This document shows, in pieces, positions 1 through 12,040 of a stretch of 64,000 nt of DNA; position 1 is the stretch's first letter; every line of letters starts with the position of its first letter. The stretch spans positions 124,001-188,000 of IMG/VR virus record IMGVR_UViG_3300027710_000011; one strand, written 5' to 3'. The notes under the pieces were generated by a model. That model saw only the letters and a list, made by a program, of their open reading frames with translations. It did not search any database and was not told the origin of the DNA. The position numbers and the translations under genes are program-made.

Positions 1-550
1 TGAGATTGTGGTCGCGATACGCACTGCGGATACCGCCACCATCTATTTGATCCCAGCAGACCGGTGTGACTTGGTTGTCTGGCACCGTCACGACTGTCAG
101 ACCTGGAGATACTTCATTCACGGTGGTGGCTGCCATGAGTTCGTTATTTCCAACAAGCTCTTCATACTTGCTGGAAGTAATGTGGAGCCTGTTGGACTTC
201 ACGCCGGAACGAACTGCTGCTAGCACAATGCGTTTTTCCCAACGCTCCGTACTCATCGCCGGCAAAGATGCCCATTTGTAGTAAATTTCTAACGGAATGT
301 GCATCCGAAACGGAATCTGAGTCGAAGCTTTGTCAAAGCCAGAAAGCGGCTCATTGGTGGCCATTACATTACCGTTACCGCCTCTTATGTACTCGCTCAA
401 GACGTAAGTCAAGCCATACGCTTCAAAGCTCTCGCAACGAAGTTCGCCATACTGCTGTAACAATTCAGCGTCACTAAGTTTGAGAACTTCGGCAATGATC
501 TTGTCCACCTCGACGAAATTGGCGGCGTCGTAATAATCAATCTTACTCAT
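1..550 (-). CDS. hypothetical protein, runs off the window start (not in the ORF track)
   Basis: ATG at 550 overlaps the TGA of the upstream gene (ATGA coupling). Read by hand, the frame is open to position 1 (MSKIDYYDAANFVEVDKIIAEVLKL...). Confidence 0.75.
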   Translation of the reverse strand, partial: MSKIDYYDAANFVEVDKIIAEVLKLSDAELLQQYGELRCESFEAYGLTYVLSEYIRGGNGNVMATNEPLSGFDKASTQIPFRMHIPLEIYYKWASLPAMSTERWEKRIVLAAVRSGVKSNRLHITSSKYEELVGNNELMAATTVNEVSPGLTVVTVPDNQVTPVCWDQIDGGGIRSAYRDHNL

Positions 551-1029
551 GTTCTTTTTCCTATTTTGAGTTCTTGACCAATTTCCATATACAGCTCGTT
601 ATGTCGTCTTTCACGAGCTGCTAAGGCGTCGATGCAGGTGAACATGTTTGTGAACATGTCCTTCTCGCGAAGCCCGTTTCCGATAGTGTACGAGATCATC
701 TCAGGCGTGACCTCTGGCAACGGATAGTGTTTTTTGCAGAACTGCGCAAGCGTCATTGGACTTGCGTCAGGCAACTTGAAGGGCTTGTGACTGGATTCTT
801 TCACCGCCTGCATCACGGCAAGTTGGAAGTCAGAGGGATGATGCCTAGCGATCTTACTGGCATCGTTGCGAACCCACATCTCCTGACCTTCGGTTTTACT
901 GCGCAGCCAGCCGTCTTCTTCAAGAGTTTTGGCAGCCATCTCTTGAGCATGAGTCTTCCCAACTTGCATTGAAGACATTGCTGCAAAGAGAGCGAGACTT
1001 TGGTAAGGACGTAATGGAAAGCGTGCCAT
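547..1029 (-). CDS. hypothetical protein
   Basis: 160-aa ORF in a tightly packed minus-strand gene run. Confidence 0.7.
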   Translation of the reverse strand: MARFPLRPYQSLALFAAMSSMQVGKTHAQEMAAKTLEEDGWLRSKTEGQEMWVRNDASKIARHHPSDFQLAVMQAVKESSHKPFKLPDASPMTLAQFCKKHYPLPEVTPEMISYTIGNGLREKDMFTNMFTCIDALAARERRHNELYMEIGQELKIGKRT

Positions 1030-1058
1030 TTTCGTATCTTTCTGAGTTGAGACGAGCT

Positions 1059-1382
1059 CTAGTACTGACTGTCAAGTTCTGCGATTTCCTCAGCAGTGAT
1101 TTGAAGAGTCAGAATAGACATGCAGTCCTCAGGACTGATCACACCTGTCCAAAGCTCGCCGTCGGTTGTGACGATTGCGATCTTGTTTTGAAATGTAGTC
1201 GTATCAACATTCTTAGTGATACGACCGTAACTGATGAACAAGTTCTGAATGAACTGCTCGTCTTTGAATCTTGCTGTTGGAATCTGAATTTGCTTCAGTT
1301 GTTCTTCTTGTCTTGATCTGACGAATTCTGCGAACGTATCTTGGAAGTCCGCTTTCTTGTTTCGTGTCATAAACTCAAACAT
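1059..1382 (-). CDS. hypothetical protein
   Basis: 107-aa ORF with GAGGA SD upstream. Confidence 0.75.
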   Translation of the reverse strand: MFEFMTRNKKADFQDTFAEFVRSRQEEQLKQIQIPTARFKDEQFIQNLFISYGRITKNVDTTTFQNKIAIVTTDGELWTGVISPEDCMSILTLQITAEEIAELDSQY

Positions 1383-1431
1383 TTGGTTTCCTCACCCCCG
1401 TTTATTGATCTATACTTTTTACTGACGTAAT

Positions 1432-1459
1432 AAAAAAGAGCAGGATATCCTGCTCTTTT
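1432..1459. terminator. intrinsic terminator
   Basis: AAAAAAGAGCAGGA-TA-TCCTGCTCTTTT inverted repeat with A/T tails. Confidence 0.8.
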
Positions 1460-1470
1460 CCATCGTTGTT

Positions 1471-2325
1471 TTATTTTGTCTTTTGCGCTTCGTAATCAAC
1501 TTTCAAGCGATTCATCAGGTTTTCCATTTGAAACAGATCACGCTGATCGCTTGATGAGTTGAACACAATTTGACGTACTTCCTTTTCGAACATGCCGTGT
1601 TGGTTGCAGCACGAGTGATCAGGTAAGCACAGGCCGCGTTCAAAATCCGGTATTTCAACAGTTTGACTGTTGGCTTGTGCACGAGCGCGCAGCTGATGTT
1701 GTTTGCTCCACATGAAAGCCAGTGGTATTTTGAAGATAGGAATGTCCGCATTACCTTTGACACGGATGGGATCCATGTCTTCTAGATACGGAACCAACGA
1801 CTGATGAACAGAGTATCCTTCCACCCAACGCGACAACACGGTGATCCGGTCCAGAGATTCAATTCGCTTGATCAGACGAATGTCTTTCTCAGTGAACCCA
1901 TCTTTCTTGTATCGCAGCGTCATGTAATCCTGACAGTCTTCCGGTGTGAACTTCAAAGGAGGGCTATCTGGATCAAGCGCAATTGCATAGACACCAATCT
2001 GGATGAAACGGAACAAAGCGTATTCCGTATTCGTCGCAGTCTTGTGCCTGGTATGAAAAATCCGAGTCCACCAAGGAACGATCGAGATCAGTTCATCCAA
2101 TGTATGCATCTTGCTTGCGATGACGCGAATCTCTTTCAACGCGTCATGCAATGGGTTGGTGCACCTGTCGTGAAAATTCAGCTCGGTCGTGTTTGTTCCT
2201 ACATCCAGTTGATTGCTCAGGCGAAACGACTCTAGTTCTTCTTTGGCCTTCAAGACCAAATTGAACATCTGCCCTCGAGTTTCCTCAATGACTATCGTAC
2301 TTGTGTTCGTCACAATTCTCTCCAA
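1471..2325 (-). CDS. hypothetical protein
   Basis: 284-aa ORF; start uncertain (TTG 2325 or a later ATG). Confidence 0.7.
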   Translation of the reverse strand: MERIVTNTSTIVIEETRGQMFNLVLKAKEELESFRLSNQLDVGTNTTELNFHDRCTNPLHDALKEIRVIASKMHTLDELISIVPWWTRIFHTRHKTATNTEYALFRFIQIGVYAIALDPDSPPLKFTPEDCQDYMTLRYKKDGFTEKDIRLIKRIESLDRITVLSRWVEGYSVHQSLVPYLEDMDPIRVKGNADIPIFKIPLAFMWSKQHQLRARAQANSQTVEIPDFERGLCLPDHSCCNQHGMFEKEVRQIVFNSSSDQRDLFQMENLMNRLKVDYEAQKTK

Positions 2326-2457
2326 TCACATCTGTTTGAACAGTGGTGCAGATAACGGTTGGTTCCGTTACTCACACTCTCACTTCTTAATCCCTGCTCT
2401 AACAGTTCACGGAAGGCTCGTAAGGTCGACCTGGTTTTAATAGGTCGACCTTACACG

Positions 2458-4805
<2,348 letters not shown>

Positions 4806-4846
4806 TGGTTGATTCCTTGTTCGATTTATTGACTAATACCAGATCA

Positions 4847-4865
4847 GTGATATGTAACCAAGATA
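4847..4865 (-). promoter_or_regulatory. putative phage early-type promoter (ACATATCAC)
   Basis: The same 9-mer recurs 30-75 nt upstream of five minus-strand gene starts; resembles the phiKZ early consensus TATATTAC. Confidence 0.65.
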
Positions 4866-4895
4866 AAGTCCATTCAAATAAAGGACAAGTGACGT

Positions 4896-4925
4896 AATAA
4901 AGAGCGGGAAGTCCCGCTCTTTATT
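4896..4925. terminator. intrinsic terminator
   Basis: AATAAAGAGCGGGA-AG-TCCCGCTCTTTATT. Confidence 0.8.
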
Positions 4926-4934
4926 TATTCAGAC

Positions 4935-5687
4935 TTACTTCTTGGTGGCCAAGACATTGTTGTTGAATTCAATTTCATTTTTCAGAAGCGAATCCACCAC
5001 CATGCGACTCCAGCCCTCCAGTTCATCCCAGTGATCCGTACGCAGATCACGAAGAGCAATGTAGCCACCGTCTTCGTTGTCGTCTTCCACCGGATAGGCA
5101 GTCACGTCGCGAGGCAAGATGCCCATGTACAGCAGGCCCAGATGAACGCGACCAACGTCTTCACTGTGATCAACAATGACGCTCTTGGAATTCACAATTT
5201 GGAGTTCCAAATTTGCTGCTTCATTGACATCAGCAACGCGGAAGCCAACTTCTTCACCGATTTCGCGACGAACACACTTGTAGATGGTTTCATCAAACAA
5301 GAGATAGGACTCAGTGATGTCGCCGCTGACCTTCTCGCCCTTAGTCGCGTCTTCTTCTTCAACATGACCGCCGTAGCCGATCGAGAGCTTGCCGTGCAGG
5401 CGCGCTTCACCCTCGCCCTTGCCTGGCCGACGATACGTTGCCAAGCTGGTGGTCAGGAGACCAGTTTCCTGATCAATCTCGGTGGTAGGGAACAAGATGT
5501 ACGGGATGAAATGGAGGTAGTTGTGATCTTCCTCCAAATCGGCACGCTTGCGATATTCCAGATGAGGCTGGATGCTTTCCAGAATTGCTTGCGTACTCAG
5601 CCCGTGAATACCGTGCTCGAGCTTACCGCCAAGCGCGTGCGTCACGTGGTGTTTCTGCACGCACAGGACAAGGTTTTGATGCTTCAT
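4935..5687 (-). CDS. Nudix-family phosphoesterase (COG4112/YmaB-like)
   Basis: IPY...YRR...GEARLHGKLSIGYGGHVE, Nudix box REIGEEVG, VGRVHLG, LEGWSR. Confidence 0.85.
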   Translation of the reverse strand: MKHQNLVLCVQKHHVTHALGGKLEHGIHGLSTQAILESIQPHLEYRKRADLEEDHNYLHFIPYILFPTTEIDQETGLLTTSLATYRRPGKGEGEARLHGKLSIGYGGHVEEEDATKGEKVSGDITESYLLFDETIYKCVRREIGEEVGFRVADVNEAANLELQIVNSKSVIVDHSEDVGRVHLGLLYMGILPRDVTAYPVEDDNEDGGYIALRDLRTDHWDELEGWSRMVVDSLLKNEIEFNNNVLATKK

Positions 5688-7060
5688 TTGAATTCACCAG
5701 AGAAGGTTTGGGTTCCACGCTTCAGAGTGAAGTTGTCTTCGTCCAGGTCGGGATAGACTGCTTCACCAAAGCGGGGCTTGATTTCTTGCAGACGCTTATA
5801 GACGTCATGCATGTAGTGACGCAGAGTCTGGTGCACCGTCTTGCCTGTGCGCAGTTCGATCAGATATGCCAGCTGACCAAAGTCACACTCGTACTCCACT
5901 GGAACACGACACCCCATAGGGATAGCGTATTGCAGATTCACCCTGGTCGTATAGTTCGTACCAGAGCAGTAGTCTGAGTTGGTTTGTTCGATAGAACGAA
6001 TTGCTTTAGCAACACGTTCATTGATGCTTTCAGGCAGCTCCTTGGTGTACCAAGGATGCATACCGTGTTCGGCCGTCAGCGTAGGCATCAGACACACACC
6101 GTTGCGATGACGATGCAAGTCCCGGAAGGCACCAAAGTCGATCAAGCCGCCGATAGACCAGCGTGAATTGATGTTAGCGATGCGAGGCAGCAGCTCGTGC
6201 TTCTTACGCTGACCGACCCAGTTCTCGACGTATCGCTCATCCAAAGACTGACGGTTCTCCAGGATAGCACGCTTCATCATCGGTGGATAGAAGAACAGAC
6301 CCGAGCCCTTCATGTACGCGAAGCGTTCGCGCAGCACCTCGACACCAGGCGTGGCATCGGGATAGAAGTCCTTCAGGCCTACGAGCACGCGTTCTGCAAT
6401 GTCGCGCATCTCTTGAGCAGGGTGATGCAACATCGCGCCGAAGTGATCGTTGATCGTATCGAACGTACCTTGGAAGGCCACGTTGGTTGTGCAACCAGCT
6501 GGGAGGAGACCGCGACAGATGTCGAAAGCACGAGCCTTGATGGTATTGCTCCAAGTCGTCATGAGCGCATCGACTTTGTCACCCGGCGTCTCAGGAGGAA
6601 TATTCAGAGGATATTCACGAACCAAGCGTTCGGACACCAATGGCAAAGCATCGATGTAGATCTGACGGAATTCTTCCTGGATAGCAGGAATCATGTCATC
6701 CAATTCCCACTTCATCTTTGGCGAGACGAAAGGTTGGTTGGAGAAGTCGATGTAACGCGTCGACGATTCCTGGCCGTTGTACAACGGATGATCTTCAATG
6801 GCCTTGGCAGCCAACTGAGACACGCCTTCCAGCCAGATGGTGGTTGTACCCAGTTGACCCACCGACTTGTGACCGTAGTTCACGTAGAACTTCTGCAAGC
6901 GGCTGCGCAAAGATTGTTCTTCTTCAGGCGTCGCCGGCAGTCGAGTCAGAATAGACGCGTAGCTACGCGAATACATGGCCAGCAACATTGCCTGCACGTC
7001 TGGTGCAAAATGGTCAGTGATGCCGACGTGGATGACAGGGGCTACAACTTGAGTATTCAT
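5684..7060 (-). CDS. thyX: flavin-dependent thymidylate synthase, long two-domain type
   Basis: YGHKSV, QESSTRY, ARAFDICRGLLP, FRDLHRHR, LIELRT...H. ATG at 7060 preferred over TTG at 7096. Confidence 0.9.
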   Translation of the reverse strand: MNTQVVAPVIHVGITDHFAPDVQAMLLAMYSRSYASILTRLPATPEEEQSLRSRLQKFYVNYGHKSVGQLGTTTIWLEGVSQLAAKAIEDHPLYNGQESSTRYIDFSNQPFVSPKMKWELDDMIPAIQEEFRQIYIDALPLVSERLVREYPLNIPPETPGDKVDALMTTWSNTIKARAFDICRGLLPAGCTTNVAFQGTFDTINDHFGAMLHHPAQEMRDIAERVLVGLKDFYPDATPGVEVLRERFAYMKGSGLFFYPPMMKRAILENRQSLDERYVENWVGQRKKHELLPRIANINSRWSIGGLIDFGAFRDLHRHRNGVCLMPTLTAEHGMHPWYTKELPESINERVAKAIRSIEQTNSDYCSGTNYTTRVNLQYAIPMGCRVPVEYECDFGQLAYLIELRTGKTVHQTLRHYMHDVYKRLQEIKPRFGEAVYPDLDEDNFTLKRGTQTFSGEFK

Positions 7061-7108
7061 GCTTGTGGTTCTTTCTTGGATGAAGTAAATTTGCAATTAT
7101 TTTCTTGA

Positions 7109-7489
7109 CTAATTAGCTGGTCCAGTATCTTGCGCGATGAAACCAATGTGCTGATGACTGCGAAGCGGATTAAAAGCAAAAGCGCTTGGCTCAAGGACGA
7201 CAATTTGCTCACCGCTTAAGATGCCTCGATCCTTAGCGATGTTGATCATCTTCCTCTTCTTAGCCGTGATCATGTCGGGATTGATCTGGAAATTCAGCAA
7301 CCCATTTTCCTTGAGTAGCTCCACCACAGCTAAGAGATCGTGAATCTCGTAAATCAGATGCTCTTCGTTGGTAATGCCTTTGTCGGGAACAATGCTGTCA
7401 AGACCAAACAAGCTCGTCTTAGCAGCAGCTTGCCCAATCTCGTTACACTCTTCACCGGCCTTCATGAATAGATATTCAGCGTAGTTCAT
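7109..7489 (-). CDS. MazG-like nucleotide pyrophosphohydrolase
   Basis: EECNEIGQAAAK...FG...EIHDL matches the EExxE...ExxD metal-binding pattern. Confidence 0.75.
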   Translation of the reverse strand: MNYAEYLFMKAGEECNEIGQAAAKTSLFGLDSIVPDKGITNEEHLIYEIHDLLAVVELLKENGLLNFQINPDMITAKKRKMINIAKDRGILSGEQIVVLEPSAFAFNPLRSHQHIGFIAQDTGPAN

Positions 7490-7539
7490 ATTGACCTCAC
7501 TTCTAAAGTATCCTCAAGGTCTGTAATTAATAACCAAAA

Positions 7540-7568
7540 TAAAAGGAGGGCCGGAGCCCTCTCTTTAT
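7540..7568 (-). terminator. intrinsic terminator
   Basis: GAGGGC-CGGA-GCCCTC stem with an A-run on the + strand. Confidence 0.65.
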
Positions 7569-8713
7569 TCAGCCTGTACAGCTGGTTCGGGATGTTCTTT
7601 AGCGAACTCACGAATCGCACCGAGGAGATCATCTTTGTTCAAAGGAAGATGCGTATCCGCAGTCCACTCGCGTTCTTCACTGACATCGCCTTCAAAGCTA
7701 CGAACCTGATAGGTCAGCTTTCCAAACCAACCAATACCTGCGATTGGTCCATCCGGGAAATCAATACCGGCCATTTTTGATGGCAGGAATGTTCCGTAGT
7801 TCGCACCGAAGCTTTTGGGGTTCAGCAACGAAACAGACTTGGACGGAGGAAGCCAAACGTTTTCAACGTCAGCAATCGCACGTTCACGAGGCCGGCGCCA
7901 AACGGTGTACTTCTGTTCACCGCGATCGAGATGATGGTCATAACCGTAAACGACGTTCTCTTCCCAATAGTAACCTACCGGGACAACAGATTCGCCATCA
8001 ACATCCAACTTGATCTTGTATTCCCATCCGGGACACAATTGAGCACTGTGCAACTCGTTGAAGAACTTGAAGTTACTCACCAAGTCACGTGCCAGCTCCA
8101 GTGCGAAGCCGAACTTGTGCGAATCACGAATCTGAGGTTGCTTGTGAATGTGAGTGAACACGGCGCGCCATGTTTGCACTTCACGATCATTACCAACCTG
8201 GAACAAACCGTCGCTGTTCGGAGTGGAGTTAACTTTCCAATCCAAACCCAGAGGCGGTGTCATTGCGACAGCGTGACCATCATTCTTGTTGATGCGATAG
8301 GTTTGTGCGAACACAAAACCACCTGCGCGACAAGCTTCCAAATCTTCAATTTCGTTTTGCGAAACGATATCAAACGAAATGTCTGGAGTCTTGTACGCAT
8401 TACCGTTGATGTTACCCTTACGAAGAGCGTGCATTTGTTTCTTGCTGAGTGTGTAATACACGTCGCAAGCCACCATGTCTTCGCTGTAAGCGTACATCTT
8501 CAGAATACAAGCGTCCTTGTAGTCCGGGATGATTGCCAACAAACTCTGAGGGTTCTTGGCAATGAAGGTAACGATACCTTCACCTTCCGGATGCAAAGCA
8601 CAGCGATCCGCAGCTTGCTTTGCAAAAGGATAAACCTTGGATGTTTGGACATAATGCGTCTTCGAATACTTATTCAGCAATTCGAAGACGCTGTCCTTGA
8701 GTTCGATGCTCAT
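7565..8713 (-). CDS. hypothetical protein
   Basis: 382-aa ORF, TGATG-coupled to the upstream gene. Confidence 0.8.
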   Translation of the reverse strand: MSIELKDSVFELLNKYSKTHYVQTSKVYPFAKQAADRCALHPEGEGIVTFIAKNPQSLLAIIPDYKDACILKMYAYSEDMVACDVYYTLSKKQMHALRKGNINGNAYKTPDISFDIVSQNEIEDLEACRAGGFVFAQTYRINKNDGHAVAMTPPLGLDWKVNSTPNSDGLFQVGNDREVQTWRAVFTHIHKQPQIRDSHKFGFALELARDLVSNFKFFNELHSAQLCPGWEYKIKLDVDGESVVPVGYYWEENVVYGYDHHLDRGEQKYTVWRRPRERAIADVENVWLPPSKSVSLLNPKSFGANYGTFLPSKMAGIDFPDGPIAGIGWFGKLTYQVRSFEGDVSEEREWTADTHLPLNKDDLLGAIREFAKEHPEPAVQAE

Positions 8714-9696
8714 CAGGTGCTGATCCGTGAAGTGGCGGTCATCGAACGGAAAGTGTTGCGCAAGAACTTCTCACGCTCCAAAGCCTTCTCAGTCGTCATC
8801 TCGGGAGGCAACTTCAGCTGAGGCGCTGTGGGTTCCGGCGCTGCCTTGACGTAGGGGTTCTCGGGAATTGCGGCCAAGAACTTGTTCACTTCAGGCTTCG
8901 GCAAGAAGCTAGACGGAGCGAGGGAACCAGCCTGGGACTGTGACTGCGTTGTAGGGATTGGCGCAGCGGCTGGTGTGCTTTTCGGGGTAGCAGCTGTGAC
9001 AGGTTTTGTTTTCACAGCCTTCGTAGGCTTTTTTGCCGGTTCCACCTTCTTCACCGGAACAGCCTTGGTAGAAGGGCGAGCAACAGCAGTCTTCACCACA
9101 GTTGCAACGACGGCTTTCTTTGCTGCGGCCGGGATCTTGGAATCCTTGAGCATGGCCTTGACAGCCACAGCAGTCTTATCTGCCGTTGTCTTGGCAGCGT
9201 AGAACTTCTTGGCTTCACCCTTGGTCAAAGTCACCGAAGCGACGACTGGTTTGGCCGACTTCAAAGTGTTCTTCACGGGCGCTGTTGCTTTCGCACCTTG
9301 AACTGGCTTGATGCCTTGAACAGCAGCGACCTTTTTCACCGGCTCGAACTTCTTGGCAGTTTCTACGATCTTCTTGACCGCAGCTGGCGGAGCCGCTTTC
9401 TTGACGGGAACGACCTTCAACACGATGTTGTTGGCTTTGAGCAGTTTGTTAGCTGCATCCACCTTGGTCTGATTGCCGGACTTGATGGCTTCGCCAACTT
9501 GAGTTCCGATATAGCGTGCTTTGACGTGATCGACAATTGCTTGCTTGGTAGACACACCAGCGGGCTTCTTGACAGGGACGGAAGCCTTGGCAACAGCCTT
9601 CAAAGCAGGCTTTGCAGGTGCTGGCTTTTTGGCAGGCACTTGTTTGGTGGCGACAGGGATCTTTTTGTTCACAGGGATTGTGGGTTTGGTGGCCAT
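8713..9696 (-). CDS. Lys/Ala/Pro/Val-rich basic protein, histone H1-like
   Basis: Repeated PAKK/PVKK/VKK motifs, very few acidic residues, AAGGAG SD. Confidence 0.7.
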   Translation of the reverse strand: MATKPTIPVNKKIPVATKQVPAKKPAPAKPALKAVAKASVPVKKPAGVSTKQAIVDHVKARYIGTQVGEAIKSGNQTKVDAANKLLKANNIVLKVVPVKKAAPPAAVKKIVETAKKFEPVKKVAAVQGIKPVQGAKATAPVKNTLKSAKPVVASVTLTKGEAKKFYAAKTTADKTAVAVKAMLKDSKIPAAAKKAVVATVVKTAVARPSTKAVPVKKVEPAKKPTKAVKTKPVTAATPKSTPAAAPIPTTQSQSQAGSLAPSSFLPKPEVNKFLAAIPENPYVKAAPEPTAPQLKLPPEMTTEKALEREKFLRNTFRSMTATSRIST

Positions 9697-9706
9697 GATT
9701 GGCTCC

Positions 9707-10606
9707 TTAAAAATGTTTGAGAAACTCGTCCAAGGTATAACGGTCGATAGGAAGATTCAGCCAAGCAGACCAAGAGATCCAGCCTTGCCAAGTATCGTCC
9801 TTGCGTTTTGTAGTGACGAAAGTTTCGTCCGTCTGCAAGCAGGTCAAAATGCGCAGACCGTCGATCTCCATGGCAAAGATCAAGTTTGGCTTGCCTTCGG
9901 GATTGAAGAAGAATTTCTCTTGTAACTCACCCGTCAGCGCTTCTGAGGTCGAATGATCGATAAAGTCCGGACCGTTCTCGATGACGTACACATCAATACC
10001 GTTGATCATGCTCGTGATATCAGCGATACGAAGAACGTTTTTAGGGCTGTGGTTAGACTCACGATCCGTTGTCGAGCTCGGCATGTAGGCTTTGCAGAAC
10101 ACATTGCGCAGCTTATACAGATACATCTCGACAGTCACCTTCTGAGGCACAGGTGCCGGCAGGTTGTAAAGATCAATGTCGTCTTTGAGGGCGTCGATTT
10201 TCAGACGACGGAAGTGATGATGTTCGGTGCATTCATAACGAGTAACACCGTTATCGTGAAACTCGTTGTCCACCCAACCGTGACCTTCTGGTGGGTTGGA
10301 GTAGCCGCCTTTACGCGAATGCTCGACCGCACGATATTCCCAATCCGGATGAATCCGAAGTGAGTGCAAGCGTTTGGCCAGATCACTCTCCAGCCAAGAT
10401 GCGCTCACGTGATTACCGTAGATCGTCGCATTGATCCAAGCCTCAGAAGGTACTTCTTTGCACTTGCTTGGCCAAACTGCGCCAAGATCAGCAACGTAAC
10501 CGAGAAGTGCTTCCATGTTGGCAACCACGTTTTGGGAAGTTGTCGTTCCCAAAGCCTTGACGATGCGTTCATGAATTTCTTGCTGAGTATCTGTTTTCGT
10601 TTGCAT
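9707..10606 (-). CDS. hypothetical protein
   Basis: 299-aa ORF in the operon. Confidence 0.8.
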   Translation of the reverse strand: MQTKTDTQQEIHERIVKALGTTTSQNVVANMEALLGYVADLGAVWPSKCKEVPSEAWINATIYGNHVSASWLESDLAKRLHSLRIHPDWEYRAVEHSRKGGYSNPPEGHGWVDNEFHDNGVTRYECTEHHHFRRLKIDALKDDIDLYNLPAPVPQKVTVEMYLYKLRNVFCKAYMPSSTTDRESNHSPKNVLRIADITSMINGIDVYVIENGPDFIDHSTSEALTGELQEKFFFNPEGKPNLIFAMEIDGLRILTCLQTDETFVTTKRKDDTWQGWISWSAWLNLPIDRYTLDEFLKHF

Positions 10607-10615
10607 ACGAAGCCT

Positions 10616-11287
10616 TTAGCGACGTTGTTCGATGCCCAGGAAATGATAGTTCGTCCAATGACGACACGTCTTATCCAGTTCATTGAGAGTTGTGTTGTTG
10701 CTGATACGAGAGAAACGCTCGGGCTTGTGTTTCTCTTCGAACTCCATCAATGTCAACATGCCGTTGCGCACACTGGTATGGAATTCTTCAGCTTCTGTGT
10801 CCATGAAGTCCATGTTGCCGCGCTCACGCAAACGCTTAGCGCAAACGTCAGAGTTGGCTTGGACAAAGACCAAGTGATCGAGTTCTGGTGGCTTGATGAA
10901 GTTGTTGATCAAGTCGTCCACTTGAGGCAGCAACTTACGACCAAAACCTTGATAAGCCATCAGAGAAAACAAGAAGCGATCACAGATGACGATGGCGCCG
11001 CGTTGCAATGCTGGGATCGTTTGCGACGACAAGATGTCTGCATGACTTGCCGCGTAGAGCAGCAATTCAGATTCAGGTGTCAACGGATATTCGCGCTCCA
11101 GCAAGACCTTGCGAATTGGGCCATCGGGCGCACGAAGACGAACAACTTCTTGACCAGGAACAGCTTCTTGAATCAACTGGTGAAGAGTGTTCACAACTGT
11201 GGATTTACCAGCGCCATCCACGCCTTCAATGGCGATGAACTTGCCGGGGTATTTGGGATTAGTTCTGATGTTCACCAGTAACTCCAA
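10616..11287 (-). CDS. tmk: thymidylate kinase
   Basis: FIAIEGVDGAGKST P-loop, ELLLYAA, ICDRF, SLMAYQG. Confidence 0.93.
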   Translation of the reverse strand: MELLVNIRTNPKYPGKFIAIEGVDGAGKSTVVNTLHQLIQEAVPGQEVVRLRAPDGPIRKVLLEREYPLTPESELLLYAASHADILSSQTIPALQRGAIVICDRFLFSLMAYQGFGRKLLPQVDDLINNFIKPPELDHLVFVQANSDVCAKRLRERGNMDFMDTEAEEFHTSVRNGMLTLMEFEEKHKPERFSRISNNTTLNELDKTCRHWTNYHFLGIEQRR

Positions 11288-11390
11288 GAGATCAAAAAAA
11301 GATAAAAGGACTACATTGATTCCAGCTCTTCGCTTCGCTCAATGATCAACTATAAAAAGCGTGATTAGTGTAAAAAAAGATTAGCGCATA

Positions 11391-11421
11391 AATGGGAGCT
11401 GTCTTTCGACAGCTCCCAAAT
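11391..11421 (-). terminator. intrinsic terminator
   Basis: GGGAGCTGTC-TTTC-GACAGCTCCC, followed by TTTATGC on the minus strand. Confidence 0.8.
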
Positions 11422-11424
11422 GTT

Positions 11425-12015
11425 TCACTCTTCTTCCTTGATACGGATGAAAGACTTCACAGCCTGTTGCCATTTGCGATCTTCTGGTTGGAAGCTGGAA
11501 ACAACTTTGTTCACCAACATTCCACCGACGATTCGGTACACCTTCCCAGAGTGATTGTGCTTAACACGTGTGTAGGATTTCAAACCGTCTTCGAAATGCG
11601 CAATGATCGTGAGCTGTTGTTGGCTGACAAAATGCTCATGAGCTTTAAAGGCATTTGCAAAGGCGGTTGGTGTGATGGCGTCAACGCGCGGTACGTTTGC
11701 CTCAGGGATGCGACCGTAGCGTTGTTTGTACGCATACATTGCTTCTTCCCGGCTCTTGGTTATAGGAACCACCAGAGCGACACTTGGACCGTGCAGCTTA
11801 TCAACTTGCACTTCAACTTGAAAGTTCGTGTCAGCGTAATCGTTACACATGTCACGGAACCAGTCGGGAGCGGCGTGATGCATCCAGACCAAACGATCCG
11901 CAACGTGTCCGCTACGATCTCGCCCAATGACATTCAAGCCACTGAAGCGAAACTTACCGTTTGGGCAACGGTGGATCTTGACGAACCCTTGTCTTACTTT
12001 CTGTGCTTGATACAT
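11425..12015 (-). CDS. hypothetical protein, distant paralog of 12849-13610
   Basis: 196-aa ORF with GAGG SD; shared motif pattern (see findings). Confidence 0.75.
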   Translation of the reverse strand: MYQAQKVRQGFVKIHRCPNGKFRFSGLNVIGRDRSGHVADRLVWMHHAAPDWFRDMCNDYADTNFQVEVQVDKLHGPSVALVVPITKSREEAMYAYKQRYGRIPEANVPRVDAITPTAFANAFKAHEHFVSQQQLTIIAHFEDGLKSYTRVKHNHSGKVYRIVGGMLVNKVVSSFQPEDRKWQQAVKSFIRIKEEE

Positions 12016-12040
12016 TTGGTCCTCTTAGACCCAATCCTAA

